Assembly (NCBI GenBank): GCA_964016885.1 | Contig: OZ024745.1 | Coordinates: 28,954,001 to 29,018,000 of the forward strand | Origin: Eledone cirrhosa | Lineage: Eukaryota | Direction: 5' to 3' | Length of the DNA: 64,000 nucleotides | Shown here: positions 24,201-36,812 of the stretch, one piece after another | Layout of the letters: each line of letters opens with the position of its first letter | Numbering within the stretch: the first letter of the stretch is position 1 | Notes under the pieces: model-generated | What the model was told of the DNA's origin: nothing | Seen by the model: only the letters and a program-made list of their open reading frames with translations | The model's database searches: none | Position numbers and translations under genes: made by a program

Positions 24201-25181
24201 CTATAGAAATAGTGGACAGCTTCCGTTACCTGGGCGATAAAATCAGCAGTGGGGGAGGGTGCTCTGAAAGTACTGTAGCTAGAGTCAGAACTGGTTGGAA
24301 AAAGTTCAGAGAGCTTATACCACTATTAGCTGCTAAAGGGTTCTCACTAAAAATGAAAGGCAGGTTGTACGATGCCTGCATACGAACAGCAATGCTGCAT
24401 GGCAGTGAGACCTGGGCATTGTGTGCAGAGGATATACGCAGACTAGAGAGGAACGAAGCTTGCATGCTCCGCTGGATGTGTAACAGTAATATACGTGAAC
24501 GGCAAAGCATAAACGAACTAAGGAAAAAATTAGAGATAAGAGGGATCAGATGTTGTTTACTCGAGAGAAGGCTACGTTTGTATGGACACATGATGCGCAT
24601 GAAAGTCGATAGCTGTATAACAAAGTGCAGGGCAATAAAGATAGACGGTAGTCACGGAATAGGCAGACCTAGAAAAACCTGGGACGAGCTGATAAACTCC
24701 GACATCACACACTTACACCTCTCCAAGACAATGTCACTGGACCGAGACCTTTGGCGGTACTCAGTAACAGAGAAGACCCGCCTTACCTAAATATATAGTA
24801 AAACCTACTCCAGCCAGTAGGCATCCCTAACAAAATACACCCCGTCCCACCACCCCCACCCCTACCCCATCCACACCACCCCGTTCTATGTAAAGTTATG
24901 TTGGTGCCGCGCCATCGAGGCCGAAACAAATGAGATCGTGTAGGTGTCACGACAAAAAAACACACAGTCCACGCTGTAATGTGGCCGTGTAGGCAACACG
25001 GTAAAAACCTCCCAGACCCACACTGTAAATGTGGTTGGTGTTAGGAATGGCATCCAACTGTAGAAAACCTGCCAGACAGTCCTATGCGAGCAAGACAATC
25101 ACTCTTGCCTCAAGTGGGACTACCCCCGTCCAAACCCATGCAAGCGTGGAACACGGACGTTAACCGTTGATGATGATGATG

Positions 25182-25183
<2 letters not shown>
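21300..25183 (+). mobile_element. Apparently full-length RTE-clade LINE, intronic and antisense to SASH1
   Basis: Purine-rich 5' region, one uninterrupted APE-RT ORF, 3' UTR and (GAT)n tail followed by (TA)n. The 5' boundary is approximate. Confidence 0.9.
21719..24790 (+). CDS. RTE ORF: AP endonuclease, reverse transcriptase and PHD-type zinc finger
   Basis: FRVGTINVGTL (upstream of the Met at 21815), CIQETRW, SAYAPQ, GDLNGH, SQHR; FVDLEKAFD, GVHQGSVLSP, YADD; CSVC...CPKCKVWVHKRC...CGRC. No stop from 21719 to 24787. Confidence 0.92.
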   Translation, partial: SCCLSYIYIYQNFRVGTINVGTLKGRANEVVEMLERKEVDVCCIQETRWRGGSARFIEGKKRCYKLFWVGNDDGLGGVGIMVAEKWADKIIDVNRVTDRIIKIRLVLNRTTVTVISAYAPQSGLPGTIKDRFYETLMLTTSQISDSDYIIIAGDLNGHVGQHCDGYDEIHGGYGFGTRNEEGSRILEFCDANNLTICNTNFKKRDNHLITYRSGEHTSQVDYILTRRRDRVSVVNTKSLPHEECTSQHRLIISDLIVRTRRTRQQKRTILRRKIWKLKDPTARNKFQSILLDAFDSKEEHLESDNIEGEWEFLKANLLLATDEVCGWSRPVGRRRVTWWWNSKVEGSIKAKKQAWKVWRDGGSREDYQVARREARRQVYLARREAEERKFKHVLQRDDQKREVFRIARQCVKENRDIVGEKCVLNDDGTLAITDADKKVAWKCHYERLLNEENNWEKGSLPHIDPIEGPAVLVEGSIISKAIKDMKTGKAAGPSEIVAEMLKASGTVGHTMVTRIVNQVVQNGVVPKDWHSSIIVNCYKGKGDALDRSNYRGIKLIDQVMKVTEKVIAQLIRERIDLDEMQFGFVSGKSTTDALFIVRQLQEKYLAKGKPLYLAFVDLEKAFDRVPRSIIWWALRKLGVDEWLVRAIQAMYKETVSKVRINNEYSEEFSVKVGVHQGSVLSPLLFIIALQAITEEFKTGCPWELLYADDLTLIAESMAELEKKFQTWKHGLESKGLKINLAKTKVLVCRKENKAAVPSGKWSCSVCRKGVGRNSILCPKCKVWVHKRCSGITGKLTKNIDFTCGRCSGAISSSKCPQATSSFNCAEGSIEIVDSFRYLGDKISSGGGCSESTVARVRTGWKKFRELIPLLAAKGFSLKMKGRLYDACIRTAMLHGSETWALCAEDIRRLERNEACMLRWMCNSNIRERQSINELRKKLEIRGIRCCLLERRLRLYGHMMRMKVDSCITKCRAIKIDGSHGIGRPRKTWDELINSDITHLHLSKTMSLDRDLWRYSVTEKTRLT

Positions 25184-25213
<30 letters not shown>

Positions 25214-25285
25214 TGTTCTTTGTGTGTGTCTTCTTTTTAACTTGAACTACACACAAAGACATGTTTACATAATTGTATTTATTGC

Positions 25286-25335
<50 letters not shown>

Positions 25336-25489
25336 TGTGTGTGTGTGTGTGTGTGTATACATTTCTGTGACAAATAAACAACAGAATACAAAACAAGAAA
25401 GAGACTGACATGCATGTAAATCCTTGGAAAATCACCAAAGAGTTTGGTGGCCCTCCTACCCATAAAACCCAGGAAAAAAAAGACACCCT

Positions 25490-26800
25490 TGCAGCCCCCT
25501 TCCCATCAAGCACGAGACCTTAGATTTGCCACATTGAATGTTGGAACAATGAGGTAAGGGCAGAGGCATTGTGGAAATGTTAGAGAGGTGAAAAGTAGAT
25601 GTGTGCTGTGTGCAAGAAGTGAAGGGGAAGTTCATCCAGATTCATCACAGGCAAGGAACACAGGTTCAAATTCTTCTGGATGGGTGGCAAAAGCAGGGTA
25701 GGTATAGTAGAAATACTCCTTGCTTAGAGATGGGTAGACTAGGTAATTGAGGTAGTTTGGGTGAGTGATAGAATAATTAAACGTAGACTAGCCCTGGGCA
25801 ATACTACAGCCACTATACTATCTACAAATGACCTACAAGATGGACATGCCGATGAACAAAATGATCATTTCTATGAGGCCCTCCTACAGACTACCTCAAT
25901 GACAGAGGACTATGATTTTATGATTGTAGCTGGAAACTTCAATTGACAGGTTGGGAAACATCAGGACGGATTTCTTGGCATACACAGAGGCTGTGGATAT
26001 GGCACAAGAAAGGAGGAAGAAACTAAACTTCTGCAGTTCTGCAATGTCTTGACTTAATGATCTGTAACACAAACGTTAAGAAACCAGCCAATCACCTGAT
26101 TACCTACCAATCAGGGGGACATACAAGTCAAATAGACGTCATCCTCACCAGGAAATGAGACAAGTAATTGGTTGTAAATACCAAGTCTTTTCCTCGGAAG
26201 GAATGTACCTCCCAACATAGATTAGTTGACAGTGACCTTAAAGTAAGAACTAGGTGGACCAAGAGACAAAAGCCAGTCTGGTGAAGGAAGATATGGAAGC
26301 TGAGAGAACCCTCTATCGGTAACAAATTTAGAGAAATCCTTCTTTATGCTATGAAGGAAGAAGAGCCGGGGACAACCAGCTGGAAGCCACAAGCTATGTC
26401 TGTGGCTGGAGCAAGGTCCCACCAAGATGTAGGGTGACATGGCGGTGGAATGACAAGATAAAAAGAGCCATTAAAACAAAAAGACAAGCCTGGAGAACAT
26501 GGAGGGACAGAGGGGAGAGAAAGCAATACCAGATAAGGAGAAGAGAGGCCAGGCGCCAAGTATATCTAGTGAAAGGAAAGGCAGAAAAGAGGATATTTGC
26601 ACATGTTCTGCACCGTGAGGATCAGAGGCATGAAGTGTTCATGATTTCGAGACAATTTTCTAGAGAAAATTGTGATGTGGTCGGAGAAAAGTATGTCTGA
26701 GATAATAGCAGAACACTTGCCCTGTCTGATGATGAAAAGAAAGAGGTATGGAAGACATACTATGAGAGGCTGTTGAACGAGAAAAATGAGGGATCAGCCT
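25490..26800 (+). pseudogene. Degenerate RTE fragment (APE region)
   Basis: Frameshifted homology to 21755-23080 (ECTSQHRL, REARRQVYL, DVVGEK). Confidence 0.8.
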
Positions 26801-27119
26801 AATTCATGAGTTGGAGGTCATCAGTGAAACTGGTGGGATAAGCCATCAAGTATCACCATGTGATATCACACTATACTGTACTGTCAACTTCTTCACTAAA
26901 CCATCAAACTATATACCACCCCATTCACATCTACCTAATGCACCCTTCTCTCCTCTTTCTCCTTCTTTTCCTCCTGTGTCTTACTCACCACAGTCCATAC
27001 TAAGCCCAATCCTTCTTCCCTCACCAAACTGCACGCCCCCACCCCCACCTCCACCAACCCCTGCTGATATTTTAACCAGAGTTAGCTTCAGAAGAAATAG
27101 AAAAGATTGGTCCACCTAC

Positions 27120-27191
27120 CATACTGGTATCATCATGATCATCATAATCTGATGACATACCATCGTCACCTGTACTGTAGCTATTGGTTCT
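27120..27191 (-). CDS. SASH1: Probable SASH1-like small exon (RTNSYSTGDDGMSSDYDDHDDTSM)
   Basis: TTTCAG acceptor and GTAGGT donor; 72 nt, phase 0-0. No homology support. Confidence 0.55.
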
Positions 27192-27567
27192 CTGAAATAT
27201 ACAATGGTTAGAATGGTCAGAGTCAGTGGTATGGTGATGGTGGTATGGTGGTACCACACTATCATTACATGTAGCTATAGGTTCTCTGAAACACACAATG
27301 GTTAGAGTCAGTGGTATGGTGATGGTGGTATGGTGGTACCATACTATCATTACATGTAACTATAGGTTCTCTGAAACACACAATGGTTAGAGTCAGTGGT
27401 ATCGTGATAGTGGTGGTGATGCCATACCATCACCACAAGCATTGTAGCTATTGCTTTTCTGAGACACAGTGGTTAGATACAGTCAGTGGTATGGTAGTGG
27501 TAAGATGATGTCATGCCATTGTCATTGTACTGTAGCTGCTGGCCCCAACTTTATATACCAGTAAAGC

Positions 27568-28260
27568 AGTGTTTTCCAACCTTTTTTCAACCAGTGCCCC
27601 CTTTGGGCACAAACCTTTTTTTCAAATCCCCTCTCTGTCAAATTAAATTTTGAATATTATACTGAATTCATCTTTCATAGCAAGATAACACTAAGGTATT
27701 AATGCAAAAATAATTTTAATATTGTTTTTATTTCTATTATTCCAATGATTAAAATGCTAAAAAAAAATTTTTATTTGATAGCTTATCTCAATGTTTTCAA
27801 TGAGATGGTTGTCTTTGGTGCTTACTGGCTAAGGCTCTTACACTAGGTTCCATGCTGCTTAGAAGTAATCATAGATCTCCACATTTTGTAATTTGCAGGC
27901 GGTTTCTTTGTTGAGTAAGAAGCTGTGTAACTTTGTTGAAACTACATTCAGTCATATAGGAATGTTGTAAGAGTGAAACAGGAAGTGACTGGATGTTTCT
28001 TAACCTAAAAGGGTTCCCTGCTAAATAAAGGTTTCTAAGGGAAGATAAAACAAGGTGTAATAAATTAGGTGTAGCAAAATAGACAATATATCAGAAACAC
28101 CAATATTGAATAATTTAAAAAAAAAAAAAAAAAAATGGATTAATGCTCACCGCCCCACTGAGTATGTACCCCCTCCCCCATGAAATAAAAACTCTCAGCA
28201 CCCCTTTTCAACACAACAATGCCTACAAGGGGGCGCTAGCACCCATGTTGGGAAACACTA
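27568..28260 (-). mobile_element. Non-autonomous hAT (Charlie/Buster-type) DNA transposon
   Basis: TIRs CAGTGTTTTCCAAC and GTTGGGAAACACTA; degenerate 8-bp TSD (cagtaaag/ttgtaaag). Minus strand 27931-27797 encodes QRNRLQITKCGDL*LLLSSMEPSVRALASKHQRQPSH*, the Charlie-type transposase C-terminus. Confidence 0.8.
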
Positions 28261-28827
28261 TTGTAAAGGAATGTCAAGGGGTTCTTACACATGTTTAGAC
28301 AGTTCCACCTACCCATCTGTCCACTCCATTACCATGTGTAACACCAACATAGTTAATGTTACTCATGTACACACATTTAGTGTGTTGTATGTTGTACTCT
28401 TCCTAGTTCTGGCAGGGTTTTACTGGTTGTATTCCCTTCCTATCACAAACCCCTTTGTAGTATAGACTGGGAAGGGGGGGGGGGGGGGGTATTGTTTCAC
28501 CAGCATTAGAGATGTTGACTCTCAAGAGTTAATCTTAACCCTAACTGTCTATACAGTATCAGTTTTCTTCAGAGTGACAGCTCTCCAAGATGGGTTGCCT
28601 TCATCATGGCTTACAGAGCTCACAGCCACCCCCATGCATGTATTTATTAGGAATTACTGCTTACCTAGATGAGTTGCCTCATCAATTAAAAAGTTATTTG
28701 TTTCTAATACTTAGACATCTCAATGAAAGGATAAAATATAAAGATAAATTATCAACTCAAAGAAGAAATTAAACATATTAAACTTAAGCCAAAACATTAT
28801 ATACATATATATGTGTGTGTGTGTGTG

Positions 28828-28891
<64 letters not shown>

Positions 28892-28892
<1 letters not shown>

Positions 28893-29270
28893 AAGTAGAA
28901 TCCTCCAACTTTAATGCACTTGTTGTAGTGCTCCAGCCACTTCTGGAAGACCCTCTTGTAGTCCTCCAAATTGAAGGTGTCCAGGGTACTTGTTACAACC
29001 TCCTTCATCTTCTCCACATCCTCAAAGTGGATACCATTGAGCTTCTCCTTCAGCTTTGGGAATACCTAGAAGATGCATGTGGCTATGTCTGGGCTGTAGG
29101 GAGGATGAGGGACAGTCTTGACCCCAATATTGGCCTAGTTGTTGGTTTCCAGGATGAATTTGTGGCAAGTGACATTGTCCCGGTAATAGTGCCACTGACC
29201 AGACTTGAAAATTTCTGATCTCTTGTGATGAAATCTCTTTCTGAACTGCATCAAAACTTCTACATAGTAC
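28892..29270 (-). pseudogene. Mariner transposase C-terminal remnant
   Basis: Frameshifted HP.YSPD-like motif and FQKWLEHYNKCIKVGGFYF. Confidence 0.7.
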
Positions 29271-29358
29271 TCTCTCTCTCTCTCTCTCTCTGTGCATATG
29301 TGTGTGTGTGTGTGTGCATATATATATATATATATACACACATTATATTATATTATAT

Positions 29359-29403
<45 letters not shown>

Positions 29404-29808
29404 TATATTATGTAACATTATCTCATTATTTTAATTTATATTCCTTTGAAGTTCCGATGAGCCACTCTGTCTTTTAAATATGTTAATTATTTTCAACTGA
29501 ACCAGATCAATTATGATATATAGTCATCTGATCCAGAAATATTATATGGAGTAGCGAAACAATTGTAAATGGACATTATTATTATTATCCCGCCGAGGTT
29601 GACTTTGCCTTTCATCCTTACGAGGTCGATAAAATAAAGTACCAGTAATGCACTGGATAATTGCTGGCTTTGTGCCTAAAGTAGAAACAATTATTATTAA
29701 TATTATTATTATTCTCTACATTCCTTACATCAAACTAAAATATGTTGACAATCTTTTAATAATGTCTTCCTTGTGAAATTTGTGGTCTTGTTTTTGCTTA
29801 ACTAATGA

Positions 29809-29862
<54 letters not shown>

Positions 29863-29957
29863 TATATTTAGAGTTATAAACTCAAACAGTCTTTTACAAT
29901 TAATTAGCTCAAAGAAAGAAGCATTTCTGAGCCGTGAAATACAAGTTAATATAAATT

Positions 29958-30526
<569 letters not shown>

Positions 30527-30528
30527 CA

Positions 30529-30862
30529 CATGGCTTAGTGGTTAGAGCAATGGCCTTGCAATCGAAAGGTCGTGAGTTCAATTCTCAGACTGGGTGATGT
30601 GTTGTTTCCTTGAGCAAGACACTTTATTTCACATTGCTCCAGTTTACTCAGCTGTAGAAATGACATAATAGGGACTAGGGTCCATATCATTCCACTGTGA
30701 AATGGTCGTGTAGGTGCCACGGCAAAAAAGCACCCAGTACTCACTGCAAATGAGGTTGGTGTTAGGAAGGGCATCCAGCTGTAGAAATCAAGCCAGAATC
30801 AGTTCCCATCCCACCCTTGCAAGCAGGGAAAATGCGGACGTAAAATGAAATGAAATGAAATG
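30529..30862 (+). mobile_element. tRNA-derived CORE-like SINE with RTE-derived 3' tail
   Basis: tRNA head GGCTTAGTGGTTAGAGC...GAGTTCAATTC; CORE-like CCTTGAGCAAGACACTTT...CAGCTGTAGAAATG; tail GTTAGGAAGGGCATCCAGCTGTAGAAA shared with the RTE 3' UTR; (GAAAT)n end. Confidence 0.8.
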
Positions 30863-31212
30863 CTGATATATATATTTAATATAGAAATGGCTTCTACAGG
30901 ACTAGAACTGTTTCATTTGAATATGTAATGCTCAATATGAAATAAAAACATTTTGAAGTGAAACTTCATTATCTCATACATAATACAAAAAGAAATAATT
31001 CAAGATATTGCACAACTGCAAGGACACACAGCATTTAAATAATAAATCCTAAACTTTAGAAGGAATTTAAGACATTTTTATTCGTCTTTGACACACTTCA
31101 ACAAATGAAATGCAAAGAATCTTTGCTTAACTGAAAATCTTTCTTTAATTATATTCTTCACATTTATTCATAAGATGAATAAAAAATATCCTAAATTCCT
31201 TCTAAATACTTA

Positions 31213-31403
31213 CCATATATACTTGAATATAAGCCAAGGAATATGTGTCCAAAAAATTGATGGTAAAATGGGGATAGGCTTATATTTGTCATCTAAACAT
31301 ATGTTGATTAGCAGCCTTGGCTTATAAATGGGGTTTGGATTTTTTCTCATTTCTCAAACATAAAATAAGTTGGGGAGGGGGAATTATATTCAAGTATATG
31401 CAG
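31213..31403. mobile_element. Tc1/mariner-type MITE
   Basis: TA-flanked TIRs CCATATATACTTGAATATAA and TTATATTCAAGTATATGCAG. Confidence 0.6.
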
Positions 31404-31834
31404 TATATACCATGCTTTTCATATATTTGGCAGAAGCTTTTTTGGCTCGATGCCTTTCCTATCACCAACCACTTTACAGCATGGATTAGGTTTATTTTAA
31501 GCCATCAGAATCAGAGAGGTTTTCTGACAGGACTGAAGAGTCTTCTCTACTCTGTATCAGTTTTAATTTAGAGTAACTGTTCTCCATGACTTCCAAAATC
31601 CTTGTCTACCTTGTGCAATCTCATCTAGAGTGAATGCTCTCCTAAACAGTTCGCCTTCTCAGCAGCTTACAGAGTCCACATTTACTCTGTATACTTTTAT
31701 TTTTTCAGAGTTACTGCTCTTCTAGATGGGTTGCCTTTTCTGCAACTTACTGAACCCATATCTACCCCACAAGATGGTTTAGTTAATTTTTGTGGCTACA
31801 ATGTCATGGAGAATATATAATAGGATTATGTTTT

Positions 31835-32397
31835 TGTGGTGGATTAGCAGAATTATTAGAGTGCCAGAAAAATGCCATAAGGTATTTGTTATAGCTCTTA
31901 CCATTCTGAGTTCAAACCTACCAAGGTCAACTTTGCCTTTCATCCTTCCAGGGTTGATAAAATAAAATACCGGTAAAGAACTGAGTCAAATATAATCAAA
32001 TTCGCCCTCACCACAAATTGCTGGCCTTGTGCCTAAATCAGAAATTATTGAGGTTAACTTTGCCTTTCATCCTTACGGGGACGATAAACTAAAATACCAG
32101 TAATGTACTGGGGTCAATTTTATCAACTTTCCCCTCCCTCAAAATTGTTGGCTCTGTACCTAAATCAGAAACCATTATATCATATTTAGTCAATATCAAA
32201 TGTGGCGGTGGATTGGCAGTATCGGTAGAGCGTCGGACACCATGATTTGCAGCATAGAGTTATGGGCCTTTATGATCTGAGTTCAAATCCCGCCGAGTTT
32301 AGCTTTGCCTTTCATCCTTACGGGGTCAATAAAATAAAGCACCAGTAATGCACTGGGGTAATTGCTGGCCTTGTGCCAAAAAAGTAGAAACAATTAT
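31835..32397 (+). mobile_element. Cluster of three tandem MetaSINE-like copies
   Basis: The CTTTGCCTTTCATCC...ATAAA domain recurs at about 31930, 32058 and 32303. Another copy lies at 29588-29697. Confidence 0.75.
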
Positions 32398-32504
32398 ATG
32401 TGAATGTGTCTGCCATATAATTTGTGATTGTAGAGTTTCAGAAAGATGAGAATCAACAATGAATTCCAATGTAGAAGAAGTGTAGGAATATGATGAATAC
32501 TTAC

Positions 32505-33094
32505 AGCAAAGTTCTTCATTCTTGCTGGTAGAGATTCTGGTTTTCGTCCACCAGCTGGAGAGGTTTCAGAACTTGCAGACATTGTGGAATTGCTGCCATT
32601 TGCAATATCCCCATTTCGGGTTGCTGCAATTTCATTAGGTAAAGGTCCATGTGATGTACAGCCCGCTGACAGATCAGAGTCTAGGGAAGTCCCTGAAGCA
32701 CTTTTAGTAACCCCACTAGTGTTTTTCTTTAATGCATCCTCTTCTTTTCCCTCGGCTGCCGGAGAGAGTGAGATTAATAGCTGTTCATCGGAGGCTTTGT
32801 TCCCCCCTGTTAAATAAAGTACTGGAGAATAAAGACGACTGTGTGACGGTGACCCTCCCACCGAAGTTGATTTTGTGCTGTCTGTGTGACTACTTCCAGC
32901 ACGTGTTGGAGAGCATGATATAGACCTCATAAATTCAGGTGACTGTGACTGGTGGAATTCCATATGGCCTATACTATGGACTCTCCGGTGCTCTGTACAC
33001 TGGTAATCGGATGCTGTCCGGTTGTCCGGCCAGCGGATACGATCATCTACATCTTGTGACTGAGAACGGCATATTTCACACCGAGGGGACGAAC
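32505..33094 (-). CDS. SASH1: SASH1-like exon (Ser-rich N-terminal region)
   Basis: CTGCAG acceptor and GTAAGT donor; 590 nt open, phase 1-0; extends the tracked ORF 32394-32963. Confidence 0.8.
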
Positions 33095-33683
33095 CTGCAG
33101 AGAACAGAAAATAACAACTGTGTCACAAACTTTATGTTACAAATATATCACAAAATTTCTGTCACAAATATCATATCACACACATTATGTTACAAACATT
33201 GTTACAATATTGTACCACAATGTTTCTGTCACAATATTGTGTTACTAACTTTCTATCATAAACATTGTGTTACAAACTTTGTTACTATTATCATTTTACA
33301 AACATTATGTTTCACAAACTTTCTATTACAAACAATGTCACAAATACTGTGTTACAAACTTTCTGTCACAAATGTGTCATCTTCAAGCATTAAATATTGA
33401 ACCAATTCTTCCTCTAGAAAAAGCCCCAGCTGTAATCAGACCTGGAGAGGAGCTGTGCTCTGCAAGGTTTAAATGCCCATGATGACATGCCATAAGTAAT
33501 GACAGCACACCTATGATCCTATCACGGATTAAGGAGCCATGTTTGTAGTATTTGTTCTGGGTTCAAATACCACTGACGTGAACTTTACCTTTCATCATAA
33601 ATGGATAGATGGATGGATGGATGGATGGAGACCTACGACTGCACCAAAAGTAGTTATAGGCCTCTAAATAAACAGATACCTAC

Positions 33684-33807
33684 CTGAGTATAAATCTGAT
33701 GAAGATTTTGTGGGTTTTGTGATTTCAGTTCTGTGTTGTCTTCTTCCTCTTGTTTGGACATTAGGTCGGTTTAACAATGGTGACTCACGACTACCATAGA
33801 TCTGATC
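33684..33807 (-). CDS. SASH1: SASH1-like exon (DQIYGSRESPLLNRP...SSSDLYS)
   Basis: TTGCAG acceptor and GTAGGT donor; 124 nt, phase 0-1, in frame with the next exon. Confidence 0.75.
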
Positions 33808-34764
33808 CTGCAATAGAAAACACTATAGTAGTAGTGGTGGTGGTGGTGGTAGCAGTAGTTGTGGTGGTGGTAGTAGTGGTGGTGTTGTGATAGAAGTAGT
33901 GGTGATGGTGATAGTGATAGTGATTGTGATAGTGGTGGTGGGGAGAGTAGTGGTAATAGTAGTGGTGTAGTAGTGATGGTAGTAATGGTATTAATTCACT
34001 GTTATTAAGAAACATCAACGACAACAACAACAACAAGTTATTACAATATGTTATTATAAAGACAACAATAACAACAGTTATTACAATATGTTATTACAAA
34101 TAAAACAGGTAAAATGTGGTCTTTAAAATTAAGGTATTGTACATTTAATATATATCATATATGTACATCTTTGTGTATATCATCATAATCATTGTTTAAA
34201 TGTCTATCTCATAAAAGTTGAATTTTTTAGACTATTTTTTCAGGTTAAATTTAAGGGGACAACCATTTTTTTCCAAATTTACTCACCCTAAGTTAGGCAA
34301 TTAAGCTACTAACATGTAAGGGGTTACTAAGAAGGGAATAGGACAAGGCAAAGAGTACATAAGTCCAAGTAGAGAGAAAATGAAGATTGATGTCGCTTTT
34401 TCATTTTTGCAAATTGTAGTGGTCAGGAAAGCAAGAAATCGGAAGAGATTCCATAGGTGAGATGTACAAGGGAAGAAACTATCGGAATAGAATTTACAAT
34501 TACCTTTAGGAACTTCAACTGTAAAAGGATGAGATCTAACCACAGATATGATACTACACTTAAACTCAAGAAAACTATTACATGGATGCTATTTTTGTGA
34601 GGGTTGAAATTCACATTACAATCTAAAATACTGCATTAATAAAGCAGAAGCTAAATGGACTCTCTAAAACAGTAATGGGCAAACTGTGGTCCATTTAGCT
34701 TTCTGAATGGCACGCCTAATTTCGAAACTGTCTTGAATTTTTTTAGCAGTGCATTCCACTTTAT

Positions 34765-35832
34765 GAAGAGCCATACCCTATGTGGCCTGCCTTATAATGT
34801 GTCATATCCTATGTAGCTCACCTAATGATGAGCCATACCCTATGTAGCTCACCTAATGATGAGCCATATCCTATATAGCTCACCTAATGATGAGCCATAC
34901 CCTATGTAGCTCACCTAATGATGAGCCATATCCTATGTAGCTCACCTAATGATGAGCCATATCCTATGTAGCTCACCTAATGATGAGCCATATCCTATGT
35001 AGCTCACCTAATGATGAGCCATATCCTATGTAGCTCACCTAATGATGAGCCATATCCTATATAGCTCACCTAATGATGAGCCATATCCTATGTAGCTCAC
35101 CTAATGATGAGCCATATCCTATATAGCTCACCTAATGATGAGCCATATCCTATGTAGCTCACCTAATGATGAGCCATATCCTATGTAGCTCACCTAATGA
35201 TGAGCCATATCCTATATAGCTCACCTAATGATGAGCCATATCCTATATAGCTCACCTAATGATGAGCCATACCCTATATAGCTCACCTAATGATGAGCCA
35301 TACCCTATATAGCTCACCTAATGATGAGCCATACCCTATATAGCTCACCTAATGATGAGCCATACCCTATATAGCTCACCTAATGATGAGCCATATCCTA
35401 TATAGCTCACCTAATGATGAGCCATACCCTATATAGCTCACCTAATGATGAGCCATATCCTATATAGCTCACCTAATGATGAGCCATACCCTATATAGCT
35501 CACCTAATGATGAGCCATACCCTATATAGCTCACCTAATGATGAGCCATATCCTATATAGCTCACCTAATGATGAGCCATATCCTATATAGCTCACCTAA
35601 TGATGAGCCATACCCTATATAGCTCACCTAATGATGAGCCATATCCTATGTAGCTCACCTAATGATGAGCCATATCCTATGTAGCTCACCTAATGATGAG
35701 CAATATCCTATCCAGCCCATTTTATGATGAGCAATATCCTATCCAGCCCATTTTATGATGAGCAATATCCTATCCAGCCCATCTTATGATGATCCATATC
35801 CTATCCAGCTCACCTTATGATGAGTCATATCC
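34765..35832. repeat. 31-bp minisatellite (TAGCTCACCTAATGATGAGCCATAYCCTATR)n, about 34 units
   Basis: Near-identical tandem units with degenerate ends. Confidence 0.95.
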
Positions 35833-36300
35833 TGTCTGCTCTAAATGAGTAAAAGTAAAACAATTTATTACAGTAATAAATGTTGATGTTTCTATGGATC
35901 AAAACACTATAATAAGACTGCACAGCTCTTATAAATATTCCCACTGATGTACTACAACTAAACATAAAATATTTCATTCTCTTATTCAGGATAATATCTT
36001 GATTCGCAAATGTTCATCTGTTACCCATGATCAATTAAGGCCAGCTCTTACATGAGACACATCGGAAGCTCTAAATTTTGGGGGCCAAAAATAAAATAGG
36101 GAGTCGACTTTTACATGAAATCAATGTTTACATGAGTTTATACAGTGTGTGTGTATATATATATATATATATATCATCATCATCACCGTTTTATGTCCGT
36201 TCTTCCATGCTAGCATGGGTTAGACATATATACATATATATTAGTCCAGAATTTGCCGTCGAAACGGCTTGAGCTCAGCCGCCGGGGTCCGACTTGTTCC

Positions 36301-36340
<40 letters not shown>

Positions 36341-36681
36341 TATATATGTATAGGTGTATATCGCTCTCTCTATATATATATATGTGTGTGTGTGTGTATT
36401 AAAAACAAACTGAGGATTCACATTAGGGTCTTTATTGATTATATACAGTTACAACCCTTTCACAGATGGGTGGCTTAGGATCTATGTAAATGTTATAGGC
36501 TTGACTCCAGAGCCCGTTCTGCTCATCAGGCTTGTTAATCAATCAAATTGGAACTAGTATGAGCACTCAATGCACTGGCAGAGTTTATATAGGAAAAAAT
36601 GATTTATTGATTAACATAGCAGGTTGATAATCAATAAAAACATGTAAACAAAACTTCATCCTTTTTTCTTATGTATGTGTG

Positions 36682-36725
<44 letters not shown>

Positions 36726-36772
36726 TTTTATTGCAGCTTTGGATAAAACCTCTACTGTTTGCACAGATATGA

Positions 36773-36812
<40 letters not shown>

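Noticed and set aside
28222-28240. CTCF-like motif ACAAGGGGGCGCTA
   Set aside because: It is a single partial match inside a hAT subterminal region, with no other support.
34765-35832. CRISPR-like array of hairpin repeats
   Set aside because: There are no unique spacers and no cas genes, and the context is a eukaryotic intron.
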